A DNA stretch of 64,000 nucleotides, taken from positions 372,001-436,000 of the forward strand of contig NEEC01000024.1 in NCBI GenBank assembly GCA_002189035.1. Direction: 5' to 3'. The stretch is from Utricularia gibba (Eukaryota; Plantae; Magnoliophyta). Positions 1 through 11,964 of this stretch are shown here, piece by piece. How positions within the stretch are numbered: the stretch's first letter is position 1; every line of letters starts with the position of its first letter. The notes under the pieces were generated by a model that worked only from the letters and a program-made list of their open reading frames with translations, did no database searches and had not been told where the DNA came from. The position numbers and the translations under genes are program-made.

Positions 1-510
1 CAATACCACTACTTGCCACCCAGACAAACCACAGATCCAACACTAACAAAATTCAATATAGATGTCAAGCGAGCTACACGAAGGACTGGTTTGGTTGCAT
101 GGAAGTGGCAAATCCAAGCTTTAATTATTATGGTGTACGTAACTTGAGTGTTACAAAAAACATTGCTTGATTGATAGTTATAGAATAGTATTAATTGTGT
201 TCGGTTGAAAGATTTGATTACTATACAAAATAAATAATGTTAAAGACTTGATTACCCCTTTTATGAAAAATAAATAAATGCACTCTTTTGAAGAGTGCGA
301 TGATGTTGTTTATGTTTCTCCTGTTCTCTTCATTTGTTTCTAGGGTTCGAAATTCAGAATTCATCTCTTCTATTTAATAATTGGTGATGGGGAATTAGAA
401 AAAAGTTGCTCAAAAAGACCTTTTTTTAGGAGAAGAGAAGAATCTTATCATTATCTTGAAGAAATGTATCAAAAAGGGTTGGAAACTAGAGAGCAGACTC
501 AAATTTTAAA

Positions 511-1414
511 CAATAATACCCTCACGGCCGAATTGCGCGCATGCCCGAGTGTTGCCAATGACCCAATGAGTCCAGATACGAGGTCACTACCTGTCCATTG
601 ATCCTGAGGTACGGCCATATACAAAACATTGTCTTCCTCCTGCCAAAAGGGCTCGAGTTGGTGCTTTCCACCTTGCTCCTCTCCAAAATCCGCAGGTAGT
701 GATCAGCTAACCATGAACCTTGAACAAGGGGACTGTTACAGAAAGACTGCAACATAGTCGCGCGAAGACATACGAAACCCATTCGGATTCAGAGAAAATG
801 TGAAGATAAGCTAACGATACATAGATCTGGGGGTGTTCCAACCCAGAAACGAAAGTTTCTAGCCGCAAACGGCCATACAAACTAAAGAAAATGAAACAAG
901 GTTCTAGAGAGAAGCTAGAGAAAAATTCCTCTAGAGAGAGAAACAAAAGGGAAAACTAAATTGAAAGTAAACTAAACTTGTCTGAATAGAACTGAACTTC
1001 ATTGAGAGTCTGAGCTTTCGTGTCCCTATGATTCTGCTGAACTTTAGATGACTTGCAAGCAACGTCTGACACTGGTACGCTAATGATGCCGCCTGTCAGA
1101 AACTCCCGTGTTCCGCACGTCAAGTCTCATGATTAGGCGTTTGCAGTCTTCCGGAAATCAAGGGAATGTCAGCTCGGGAAGATCCAATTTGTCGCCATCT
1201 GATGCCCTCTTTCTCTCACTTCCGGCCACGTGTGCGCCTCTAGAAAAACTCAATTAAAACAAGTAAAATTAATAGATAAAATACAAGATTTAGGATAATT
1301 ACCCTAAGCTAGATAAAAACCCAAATCTCACATTATAGACTCCTAATTAGACACTTCTAATCACATTTAAACATAAAAACAACCTTAGAAATAATAAGAA
1401 AATGACACTTAACA
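511..1414 (-). mobile_element. Athila-type LTR, subfamily 2, truncated at its 3' side
   Basis: On the - strand it begins TGTTAAGTGTCATTTTC at 1414. It is colinear with 15860-16755 and with the + strand fragment 57309-57728. Confidence 0.8.
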
Positions 1415-1805
1415 ATAGTGTATGCTGAAATTGTATTTCATGATTTGTGATAGGCATATTATATGATTTGCCATTGTTATATGTTTTGATTATGTGTCAT
1501 TATATTGCTGTTGTAAATTTTTAAATTGTTTGTATTATGTGATTGGTTTACGATGGATGATAATTATAATATAGGATGCTGTTATTATGTGGAAACTAAA
1601 TCAGGCAAAACCACGGGTGCTTATCACACCAGATAAAAAAACTGTTCACAAATCACTGAGTTTTGAATCACACGAGCAAAACAGCTCCAAGAAACAGGCT
1701 CAATCCAGCCAAACTTTTCCCTTAGGGCGCGTTTTATTGTTGGGTAAGGCCTAAACCCAGGTTTAGTTTATTTGGGTTTAGGTAATGATAACACATATTT
1801 TTGAG

Positions 1806-2937
1806 TGATTGAGTGCATGGAAATGACTCATATTGTGCTACAAAACTTAAGTTTTACTGCCTAGTTCTATATTTTTACACATAGTACCATAGTTGTGTTT
1901 TTTTAGTCTTAGTTGGGACTAAATTGATTTAGTTCCAACCTTACTTTTAATAGTTTTCTTTGAGTAATGCAGCACATGTCGGCAACACAAATCCCAAGGA
2001 ACCAAATATGTATAGTGTAGTAGCAGAGGATGAGGCAAAAGTTTGAAAAGAAGAACACAAAATCCAAGGAGAGGAAAAAGGAGGATTTTAGATAAAAAGG
2101 GGACAAGATGAAGAGAGAAAAAAGATCTCTCCATTGTGACATACGACATAGCTTTCTGAAGAAGTATTATGGGGGAAGAAGGAAGGGGACGATGAACCAG
2201 AAGAACAAGTTTCCCTTTTGAAGATTTTCTTTCGTTCTTGATGAGCATTATTCCTAGCTGAAACTAGTTTTAGTTTTCCCTACGTGAACAATTTACTGTT
2301 TATGCTCTGTTATGCATTTTGTGTTATTGTTTAACCTTGAGAACAAAATTTTGCTTAGAATATGTTATGGAAATGCTTTACTTTCCCTTGCTATGAGTGG
2401 CTAAGCACTTGGAGGGGTGCCTTGGGGCAAAAGGGGTGTAAAGTGTTAGTCAATCATTTGACCTTGTTAATCATAGATCACACCACTTCTTTATCAAACC
2501 AAGATAGATCCGGGAGGAGGAAGGAATGATATTCATCTTAAAAATCCTAATTAGAGGAAGACCAAAGATTAGGGGAAAAAAGGGTTTGGTAGACCTAAAC
2601 TCTTGCTTGTTAGACGTATGATTTGTGGTATATGTTAGGTTATTTTAGTGATAAACATGCAAGTCCTAGAAGTCCTAAGGCACACCCATCTCATTTAGGT
2701 ACAACCGAGTTTACAAGTTTGTCACTTTTCTTTGCTGTTTTTTAGCCAACTCTGTCTTAGTCCTAGTTAACACCAAATCTATCAATGTGACACTGATTGT
2801 ATGTATTAACTTTCACATAGCAAGCACCTAGCTCCTTGTGTTCAACCCTAGTCAACTATGCACATATTTTTCATATGATTTGATGTGAATTAGGTGTAAA
2901 AATTTTATTTGATAGGAAGATTTGCATATTAACGACA
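1806..2937 (+). mobile_element. Degenerate Athila-like solo LTR nested in the Harbinger left subterminal region
   Basis: Runs TGATTGAGTGC...AACGACA and interrupts the GGGTTT-rich subterminal tract. Contains Athila-LTR-like motifs ATGAGTGGCTAAG and CTCCTTGTGTTCAACCC. TSD is imperfect. Confidence 0.45.
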
Positions 2938-3396
2938 TTGCAAATTTTTTGTTTATTAGGTAAATGGATTTTATGGGTTTTGAAGATTATTCGTGTTTGG
3001 TTAATGGGTTTAAATTATTTGAGTTTAAGACTAATACACATTTGGTACGTGGGTATAAAATTGGGTTTCTGTTGAATTTTCATATGAAATTACCAATATA
3101 ACCTTCCCCAACAATAATTACTTCTTTTTATTACAATTTGTTTTCCCTTTCCTCCACCAACTTTCACACCCAGTTCATTGCGGTGCTGTCGCCTGACAAG
3201 ATCTCCATCGACTTCACCAGTAATTGAGGTTAAAAAGCCATGGGTTAACTCTAGATTGCATACCCCGTTCGTTGCGTAGAGTTTCTCACTTGAAATTCAT
3301 TGAATTTCGAGTCAATTTTATGGTTTACTTGTTCTACGTCCTCATTTTAGTTGCTTTGTTCTTGCTGTTTTCTTTCCTCCAGTACAAATTGAAGGC

Positions 3397-4343
3397 ATGC
3401 ATAGCCTAATCATGGTGGAAGACTCTCACAAAACTACAAAGCGCATCTGGAAGCCAGATGAGGAGAAGGACTTGGTGCATGCTCTGAAGCAGATAGTGAA
3501 AGAAGGCTGGAAAATTGAGAATGGTTTCAGGGGTGGGTATCATCGAGCATTAGAGACAGAGTTCTTGAACTTTGTCCAAGAACCGACATCCGCGCACACG
3601 CGCACATATCCAGCAAGATGCATACATGGAAAAAAGACTACTACCTCCTTGTACTCATGATGTTATATCCGGTGCTTGCCATGTTATTATGTCAGGATGC
3701 ACCCAAGCTGCGTGTCGTAAGATACAAAGTGTGGCCGTATTACATGGAGTTTTAGGAAATCGTTGGAAAGGATCAGGCTACAGGAGATAATATGATGAGC
3801 TATGTAGGTGCGACCAGGAAGAGGAAACTGATAGAAGATGTTGAGGTGAATCTGGATGCATCTTTGGATTGCCCTCGGGACCCTGATAGCACTGGACATG
3901 ATATGAACTTCTCGTATGCTAACACACCTTGTGACCCATTTGGTTGTGGTGCGGAGGGTGTGAACATCACACCTAGTAGGGACTCCGAGTCACACAATAG
4001 CACCGACTCCGCATGGAGGTCTAGACGAAGCGGGCGGGGACCAAGGGGAATCGATGATGATGCACAGTACCTCAAAGAAATGAAGGAGCTGAACATGTGC
4101 ACATGTGAGGAGCTATGTCACTTGGGATTAACAGTGGTGCAGCAAGCACGGGAGTTGGTGGACAATCAGTGTTAGGCAAGGGAGATCATTAGAGGTATAC
4201 CGCTGCAACTAACTGCCATCTAACATTTTACCATAGCAGAGATGATCAATTCCAACCATGCGAGGTTGCACTACTTCCTTTCCTTGAGTGACCGTGAAAG
4301 AGAGCTGATTGTGTGTGGTTTTGCATCCGAACATAGATCTTAA
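3397..4343 (+). pseudogene. Harbinger Myb/SANT-like DNA-binding ORF, frameshifted
   Basis: KRIWKPDEEKDLVHALKQIVKEGWKIENGFRGGY, then in a shifted frame RTDIRAHAHISSKMHTWKKDY. The C-terminal piece ...RLHYFLSLSDRERELIV... ends at TAA 4341-4343. Confidence 0.85.
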
Positions 4344-4811
4344 ATCTGTTGTGCGGTTTTTGGCATTATGCTGGACTCATGGGCTAGATGTATTTCCTCT
4401 TCTAATCATTTTTTAAGCAAATACATATTGTATTCCACGTGAAAATATAGGTGAAGGATGACTACATGTAACTGATATAAGCACTATGTAGGGTCGACAG
4501 TGTTCCGACCTCCCATTTGGAAGCACTACGTACGAACAAGCGCGGTGTTATGGTGTGAAGCACTACTCGATTAACGCAATGCTTCAAACAATGCCACATT
4601 CAGTGTGGTGCTACCAAGAAGTGATGCAACAACACAACATTGGTTTTGCCTATTACGAAGCACCACGTTTGGACATAGGGTTTAGTGGTTAGTGATGGCA
4701 CCGGATTTGAAAACATGCGGTGCTGCCACGATAGTTGTTTGATCAAATACTAACAAAGTTAGAATACCATAGTTCACGTCAGATCCATGCAAATTAAAGG
4801 TACATCATGTA

Positions 4812-6250
4812 TCACACAATAACCTTGTAATGCATCCACAATGGGTGTTCCTCGTCTGTCGGACATTGACCTACTCGTCGGCGATTGACATGCGTGGGTA
4901 CATCCATTACGTCAATGAGTACTTCTAGGAATGACCTAATATCACCCTCTCGAACTAGGGAGCAATCGTTGACCGTGGTGTACTTGAAGGTGGTTGGGAA
5001 TATGGCATTTTCAGGCGGTCCAATGAAAGTAAGTGATCATTAGGTGCAAGATGGTGGAGAATGAGGGTGATCCAAAAACTCACCGAGTTGTGTAGTGACT
5101 TGTACAGCACATCGTCGACCATTAGCGTATTAAGACAGTGATATTTGCCCTTGAACTCTGTGTTGGCGCTCCAAACATGGTTCAAAAGCTTCAACTTCGT
5201 GGTGTTGTTCCTGTTGTAGTGCAATTGTTCACTGAAACATGTCAAAAAAAACAACCATCAGCATCGTGCGGATCCCATTGTCTGCTAACTGGTCAATCTT
5301 ACCATCCTCTCGAAGACTAGATGGCGACGTCAAAGTGTTCCATGCAAAACTGTATCAACTCACGTGCACCTGGTCGAAGATACACTACAACAAATAGTAC
5401 CGACACATGCTACAAATATTAAATGCATATCAAATACAACACATTACCATTTCGCCCATAATAAACGGCATCCAGCTTCAGCGCTACCCACCTGACATCC
5501 TGAGGATACACAATGTCCGCAAGTACACCATTCACATCGAATATTATCAACATTCTTGGTGGGACTACAACGTTGCTCGACAGTCCACTATATGGCCATC
5601 TACCTTCATACCATGCAAGCCGTCCATAGAGTTCAAGATTCTCAACGTACTGTCTCTCTAGCTCAGCGTACTTTGCAGTGGCTGCACTGCACCCATCATC
5701 GCGTGTCGAGATCGGTGTTGGTCCATCACTTTTTCCCCCGCCTTCTAGCTGCGCATTTTCATCCTCTTCATACCATAGATGTTGTCTATGGTGTCGAGGG
5801 GTTCCATACTATAGATGTTGTGTTCTAGGGGCATTGACAAAGGGTGGCAAGACTTCCTCTAGTGACTTTGTTCTGCAAGAGAACAAATTCACAAACCTCT
5901 TTGCTGCACGCTTTTGCAATACCTCGATGCCTACAACAAGAACAACAAAAAGCATGACTTCTGTTGTAGACGAATTTATAATATTCGACATATTTGTATG
6001 TGATTACCTGATGGGTGTCCAACATTCCCTAGCACTATCAACGTTGTTGTCCATTCTGGAGCATTGGGTGCACATACACATACAAAACTAGTCCACCAAT
6101 CATCATCTGTGCTTCTCACATCTGTAACCAGAACCATGCCAGGTTTTCCATGAAGAGAATAGTGTGGACTCCCCTTACGTTGCACACACATGGAAACCGC
6201 AAAGAAGACATGCATTTCTGGAGGTATATCCTCCTCTTCACAGATCTGCA
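4812..6250 (-). pseudogene. Multi-exon FCP1/NIF-homology (HAD superfamily) phosphatase-like gene inside the Harbinger element
   Basis: Spliced translation: RMLIIFDVNGVLADIV | VYLRPGARELIQFCMEHFDVAI*SSR | ...NTLMVDDVLYKSLHNS | ENAIFPTTFK...GDIRSFLE...HPLWMHYKVIV*. GT-AG introns at 5385-5447, 5232-5302 and 5932-6007. In-frame TAG at 5317-5319 and near 5808. The 5' limit is uncertain. Confidence 0.75.
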
Positions 6251-6709
6251 GAAACGCGAGTACGAGCACCACAGAATGTGTGAGGTGCGAGAGTGGGATC
6301 CGGAGTACAGCAAGTATCTGCACCAAGAAAGGAGGCGGGGTCAGTTGCAATCCACACCAAAAGTGCTCAGTGCTGACGGTGAATCCTGATGCTCCAACTT
6401 TGGATGGCGGTTCGGAGTCGGATGTTTTGCCTGTTGTTTATCCCACATCACGTAACCGTCGGGTATTCAAAAGCGGGCACGTAGTTTGTCACACGTCAAC
6501 ATCTACAAAAAAAATAGAAATCTAACTAGATGAAAGAAAGGAAGAATCTAAAACGCTAATGCACTTGTTCCTACCGTCACGACATTGTTCCGATGAGGTT
6601 GTGAAGGAATCCCGTGTATGCGGTACCACTGCACATATGTCGAAAGGATGGAGGTGTAAGGGCATGATTAAATAAGTTGTTTTGGAAAGTGGGAAATGCG
6701 GTGCTCCTG

Positions 6710-6899
6710 TAAACATGCTTCGACAACCGATTTTTTTATGATGACTTAATATTCCTAAAAACATCCAAACTATCTCCAGAACCGTAACATATTTTCCAAC
6801 CTTTAAACTAGAACGATTTTCTAACAGGCTAAATAAAATACAAAAGACATCTCGGCTGATTCTCAAGTTCTCAATAGATGCGCTATTCACATCACTCAC
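6710..6899 (-). pseudogene. N-terminal stub of Harbinger transposase; no DDE core seen
   Basis: SDVNSASIENLRISRDVFCILFSLLENRSSLKVGKYVTVLEIVWMFLGILSHHKK matches the typical plant Harbinger transposase N-terminus (ENLRM.R..F..L..LL...V.V.E.V.MFL.IL.HHKK). Confidence 0.7.
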
Positions 6900-7539
6900 T
6901 AACCTACTAATATACTCAACTTGTTTAGGAATCTTGTCTATAAGGGAATTCTCACACTATATCCCCTACGGTAATTTTTACAATATAAGTATATTCACAC
7001 ATTCATCCCAACCAAGTATTCAGTTAATACTGCTGCAGCCACACTTAAGATGACATGACCCTCCATGGAAAAATCCATGTCCCCTCAACAATAGAAAAAA
7101 TCAAGCAAAATAAATCCACACAGCACCACTAATTTTGAAATTGGAAAATCACAGAACACACATACTATGCGGTGCTGCCGTGGACAAATTCACCAAGAAC
7201 AGAAAAGACACTTACCGGAAGACCCACCCTTTGCGGCCAAAGTGCTCGCGACGCCACTGGCAATTCACGAACCTAGCATTAGGTTTGTAGATCTGCATTC
7301 AAATGTGGATGACGTGGGGGTAAAATTGGAAGCCACGAGCCTTGTTTACCTAAATCGAGCACCCCTCATGGGTTTAGCTAAACACAGCTCGGCGGGTTCC
7401 TGCCAGGTATATAGGCACCTAGAGGGGTTTATTTTTACTTGTCTAAAACCCACGAACCAAACGTGGGTTTATGTCAAACCCACGCCACAACCCACCTAAA
7501 CCATTCAATCAAACGCACCCTTAAGAATAAGAAAACAGC

Positions 7540-9330
7540 AATGCACCAAGAATCGCTAGAAGTCAACTTGGATATGTTCTCTTTGCCTTCTCAGATCTAA
7601 ATGTATACCTAGATGAAAGCTTGTCTCTGCATTTGAGATGTTGCTCTCATTTTCTACGAAAAAACTTAATATAATGATCATACTCACTGGTCATATTTTA
7701 ATCTCTATTAGGTCTCTAACAAAGGGAACATAAGCTAGATTTAGGTTGCACTAATTTAGTCTTTAGCCCATGTAAATTGAGGATAACTGCAAGCCCAACA
7801 ATTTCCCGCATTCAGCTTATGTTTATCTCAATTTCTGACTTCCACCAATCCTAACCTGCTCATGTGAGACTGGTGTTTGACAAAGGACAACATTTTTGTA
7901 AGCACATCAGCAATTATTTCCAGATTGATAGCTCCACCTGAGATGATGTTTCGGATCCAATACTACGTAGTCAGAGTACACTATAGGCCTAGCTTTTAGG
8001 AAACTGAACTCATCCATGATTCTTCCAAGTCACAACACTTCCTTTACTATCTCTATTAATGTCATATACTCAACCTTGATAGTTGATAGAGCAAAAATTT
8101 TGTAGATGTGAGGTCTAGGTAACAGGAACTCCAACAACCATGTTGAGCATTCATGTTGTCAATTTTCTTGAGCCAATATGTTGTGCCATATCCGCATCTA
8201 TGTAAACTTGTGAGATGATGCTTCCCATACCGTAACTCAACTTGCATTATTTTGTGCCTTTGATATAATGCAATAGCCATTTCACACCATCCCAATGTTG
8301 CTTTCCAGGATTCTCCATGTACCTACTTATCACACTTATAGCACATGTTATATGCAGTCAAGTGCAAATCATCAAGTACATTAGGGAATCAACAATAGAA
8401 GAGTAAGATACCTTGCTCATCATCTCCCTTTCAATTTCTGTTTTTGGTGACATTTGGGAAGAAAATTTCAGATGTCCAAGGAGTGGTCCCAACACTGGTT
8501 TTGCTCCATCCATCTGAAATTTCTTCAAGACAAATTCAGTGTACTTATTTGGAGACAATGTTAAGGTCCTTTTGGTTCTGTCTCTTATTATGTCTAATCC
8601 AAAAATTTTCTTGGCTTCACCCAAGTCCTTTATCTCAAAAACAATAGCCATTTCTCTTTTTAGGTTTTGTAAGCATCTTATTTGGACTAGCTATTAGCAT
8701 ATCATCAACATATAATAGTAGAAAGATGCATTCAACATTTGATTTTTTCTTTTAGTAGGCGCAATGATCTCCTTCACATCTCTTAAATCCATAAGGGTAT
8801 TGAATTTATAATACCACTCATGAAGTGCTTGTTTAAGTCTATACAATCTTCCTCCAAGTCTAGACACAAGATCTTATTTTCCATGTTCTATAAATCCCTC
8901 AACTTGTTTCATATACAGTTCTTCATCGAGGTCCCCATGCAGATATGTCTCACTATTCAAGTTTTGAATCAAGGTGAGCCGTTAGGGACAACACAAGCCT
9001 TACTATATTCAACTTTATGATAGGTGAGAAGATTTCTTCATAATCTATGCCTTTCTTTCATCAATATCCCATCACTTCCACCATTGCTTTGTATCTAACA
9101 CTTCCATTTGGATTATGTTTCAACTTGAGTATCCATAAGTTTTCTAGAGGCTTCTTTCTAGTAGGTAGTTTCACAAGCTCATAGGTGCTGTTCTTTCTTA
9201 GAGATAAGCTTTCTTTACTGTCTGAGCTTCTCCCTCTTCTTTTATCAAGGCAATATCAAGCATATCTTCTCTAAATCAACAAGATATCTCGATGAAGGAA
9301 CATGTGGTCTTGATGATATTCAGATTTGGC
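7540..9330 (-). mobile_element. Ty1/Copia RT-RNase H remnant
   Basis: FEIKDLGEAKKIFGLDIIRDR...YSSIVDSLMYLMICT, followed by ENPGKQHWDG and an EHIQVD-like motif. Many stop codons. Confidence 0.85.
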
Positions 9331-9949
9331 ACTCCCCTTTAATCAAGTGCCTTTTAGCTTCCCTAAATTCTCTGTTATTAATATGACTTTCATCACCTTG
9401 TGTTGTGTTAATCTGTTGTATGTCAAAAATTGTTTCATTCTCTAAAAACTAGAATACTCCCAAGGCACACTATCTTACTAAACACATAATTAAATAGGTC
9501 GAGGCGTCACAAATGACTAGTGTGTGCACACTGTCTTACTAAACACTAGAATACTCCGAAGGATTCAAGAAAACAATGTCAAATTGACTCCTAATTTGAC
9601 ATACCTACAGTTACCCAAAAGTAAGTGAAATATCCTAAAAAATTTTATAGTAAGAATGCAAATAAAAATTAAGTGTTTGAAAGAAAACTTGACTAGTTGA
9701 ATAAATTAAGGGGTTGGATTTGATTACCTCCTCAAGTCGCTCTTGAACTAAGTGCACAATTTGCTTCTCCAACCTCACCACTACTTCTTTCAGTTTGCTC
9801 ACTACAGCAGTGCATCCACATATCTATCCATCTTCACCCTATGTTGTTGCTGATGGTGCTATTGCCGCTTCTCCAACTATCAGTACATGAAGAAGCTCCT
9901 TGTACTCTTCTTTATTCTCTTGGGGCATTACAAACACGTAATACCCCCT

Positions 9950-10930
9950 TCCTCTTGGTTACCCTTGCATTTTTAAAAAGTGCAATGTCAATGAGGAGTC
10001 TAGGTTCTCCATGTTGGATGAACATTGGAGATCAAACAACCATGTTGACACACAAATATGAATAATTTTCCAAATTGGATCCGCAAACAAATGAGTACTC
10101 TTAATTTTATATAAAACATCTACTTGACTAGTTAAAATATCATACATCTCCCAAGCATTGAGCTCACTTCCGGAAGAAAAATCAACGTAAGAATTATGAA
10201 ATTCTAACTAATCTACTTCTAGAGGGTCAAAGACATCTAATAGTAGACTCTACTCAATCAATGACAATTGATATTCCACCCCTAGCAATTGAAATGATAT
10301 CATTGGAGGTTCATCTATCCTAGACAATATGCCATAAATAAATGTTCCATGTAATTCATGATAGAGTTTAGCACATGCAGGTTGATTAATTTCAAAAAGG
10401 CATGACATAAGCATATGCTTTAGTCCATCCCTTACCTCAAATTCCATACCTAATGCATGGCAAAGGCCTAAAAATCAATATATCTTGTAGGTTCCAATGC
10501 TGCTCCTTTAAGCAAATTATACCAATCTTTCTCTCTTCTATTAGAGAAGTTTAAGTGCTCGTTGTTCAACTTGGATGGGTGTCCTATGAATATTTCAATG
10601 CCAATTCCACTCATCCATCTCTCAAATCCTTCTAATGCAGCCTCTCATTCCTGTTGACTCAAATGGGGTGAATACTTAGGGGGTTTGCTCTATGACTCAT
10701 AATCTTCCAAAATTTCTTCGTCTACTTGTTTCTGCCATACATTTGGTTGCTCCTTTTCTCCTGATCTCGCTTCATCTTCTAGTGCATTTTTCTCTTGCTC
10801 AACTTCTTGGTCTTGTTTGCTTTCTTCATTCCCTATGTGCTCCTCCACCGATTCAATCTCTTTTGCCTTTAGTTCGTTCTCATTCTTAGTAGGTTCAAAC
10901 TCCTCTTCTTGTTTCTCTTCTTCCAACAGT
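9950..10930 (-). mobile_element. Athila env-like (ORF2) remnant with an E-rich N-terminal region
   Basis: PTRYID...ALGMEFEV...LFEINQPACAKLYHELHGTF...ISFQLLGVEYQLSL resembles Athila env-like ORFs. E-rich ORF at 10690-10926. Confidence 0.55.
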
Positions 10931-10999
10931 TGCTCTGATGCTAAATCCTACTCCACGTCTATCATTTAAGTTTCTTCCAGCTTTCTTCTCAAGCTCTAT

Positions 11000-11964
11000 T
11001 GTGTGTGATTCCTCAACAAATTTTAATTTAGAAAAACATAGACCACAATAAAATGTAGTACAAGTGTTGATCTCAGGGAGATGAGTTTTGCGAAAAGTGT
11101 GTACTAAACTTTTACAAATTGTCATGGGTTTGTAAAAGAGTGTTTTTGAAATACAAAAACGAAAGATACAACATAAGTAATGGACCTTGACTAAGAGAAG
11201 CAGTTCCTGGGAATGAGATTCCATTTCCTCCTTTTTGTCTATCATCCCCTCGGCTTTCATTGATTCCTTCTGCATAATGGTTATAGGAGCAAGGAATAAC
11301 ATACTCTTCCTTACACTCTGATTGACAAGAAGGCACAGAAATAGTCTCATGCGATTCCCTCTTGGACAATTGAGACGAAAAGAGGATTGCTGTTGATTGC
11401 CCACAAAACCGAATCCTACATGTGCCCAGCTATTTCCAATGACTAGTGGCGGATGAGAGGTCAATACCCATCCACTGTCATGGTACCTCGATCACAAACA
11501 ATTCACTATTTCCCTCGAACCGACAGGGTTGGAGATGGTGCTCTTCACCTTGCTCTCAAGAAAATCCATGAGTAGTGGCTTGCTACTCATGAACCATTAC
11601 TAAGAGACATTATAGAAAGACTGCAACATGATACGTGGAAATATGCAAAATGTGGAAGAAATTTAGTAAAAAACCGAAATTGATGCACAAGAAGTGGAAG
11701 GAAATTTCATCTATTCCCAGAAACTAAAAGGGTTTAGCTAGGAATGGCCATGAAAACAGAAAATGAAACAGAAGGCTAAAGTGTTCTTCCTCCCTTGGTG
11801 GAGAGGAAGAACCAAGAATTCTAGTGCAAGAACAAAGTGTGATAAAAAAAGGTTCGAAAACAAGTGTTCCCTATTTTTTTTTTTAATTCACTCTCACGTG
11901 CATTAACTTCCTCTACTCCTCTTTCATTATTCTTTCTGTCTTGCATGCACGATCAACTTTCTCA
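11000..11964 (-). mobile_element. Athila-type LTR, subfamily 1, partial
   Basis: Reverse complement of about 41980-42900. Its terminus AAATTTGTTGAGGAATCACACACA lies near 11000. Confidence 0.8.

Larger units (their letters stand above)
1725..7520. mobile_element. PIF/Harbinger DNA transposon, non-autonomous, carrying cargo
   Basis: Left end TTA|GGGCGCGTTTTATTG at 1725. Right end CAATCAAACGCACCC|TTA at 7520, whose reverse complement GGGTGCGTTTGATTG matches the left TIR at 13/15. TTA TSD on both sides. Subterminal GGGTTT/AAACCC repeats. Contains a Myb/SANT ORF and a transposase N-terminus. Confidence 0.85.
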
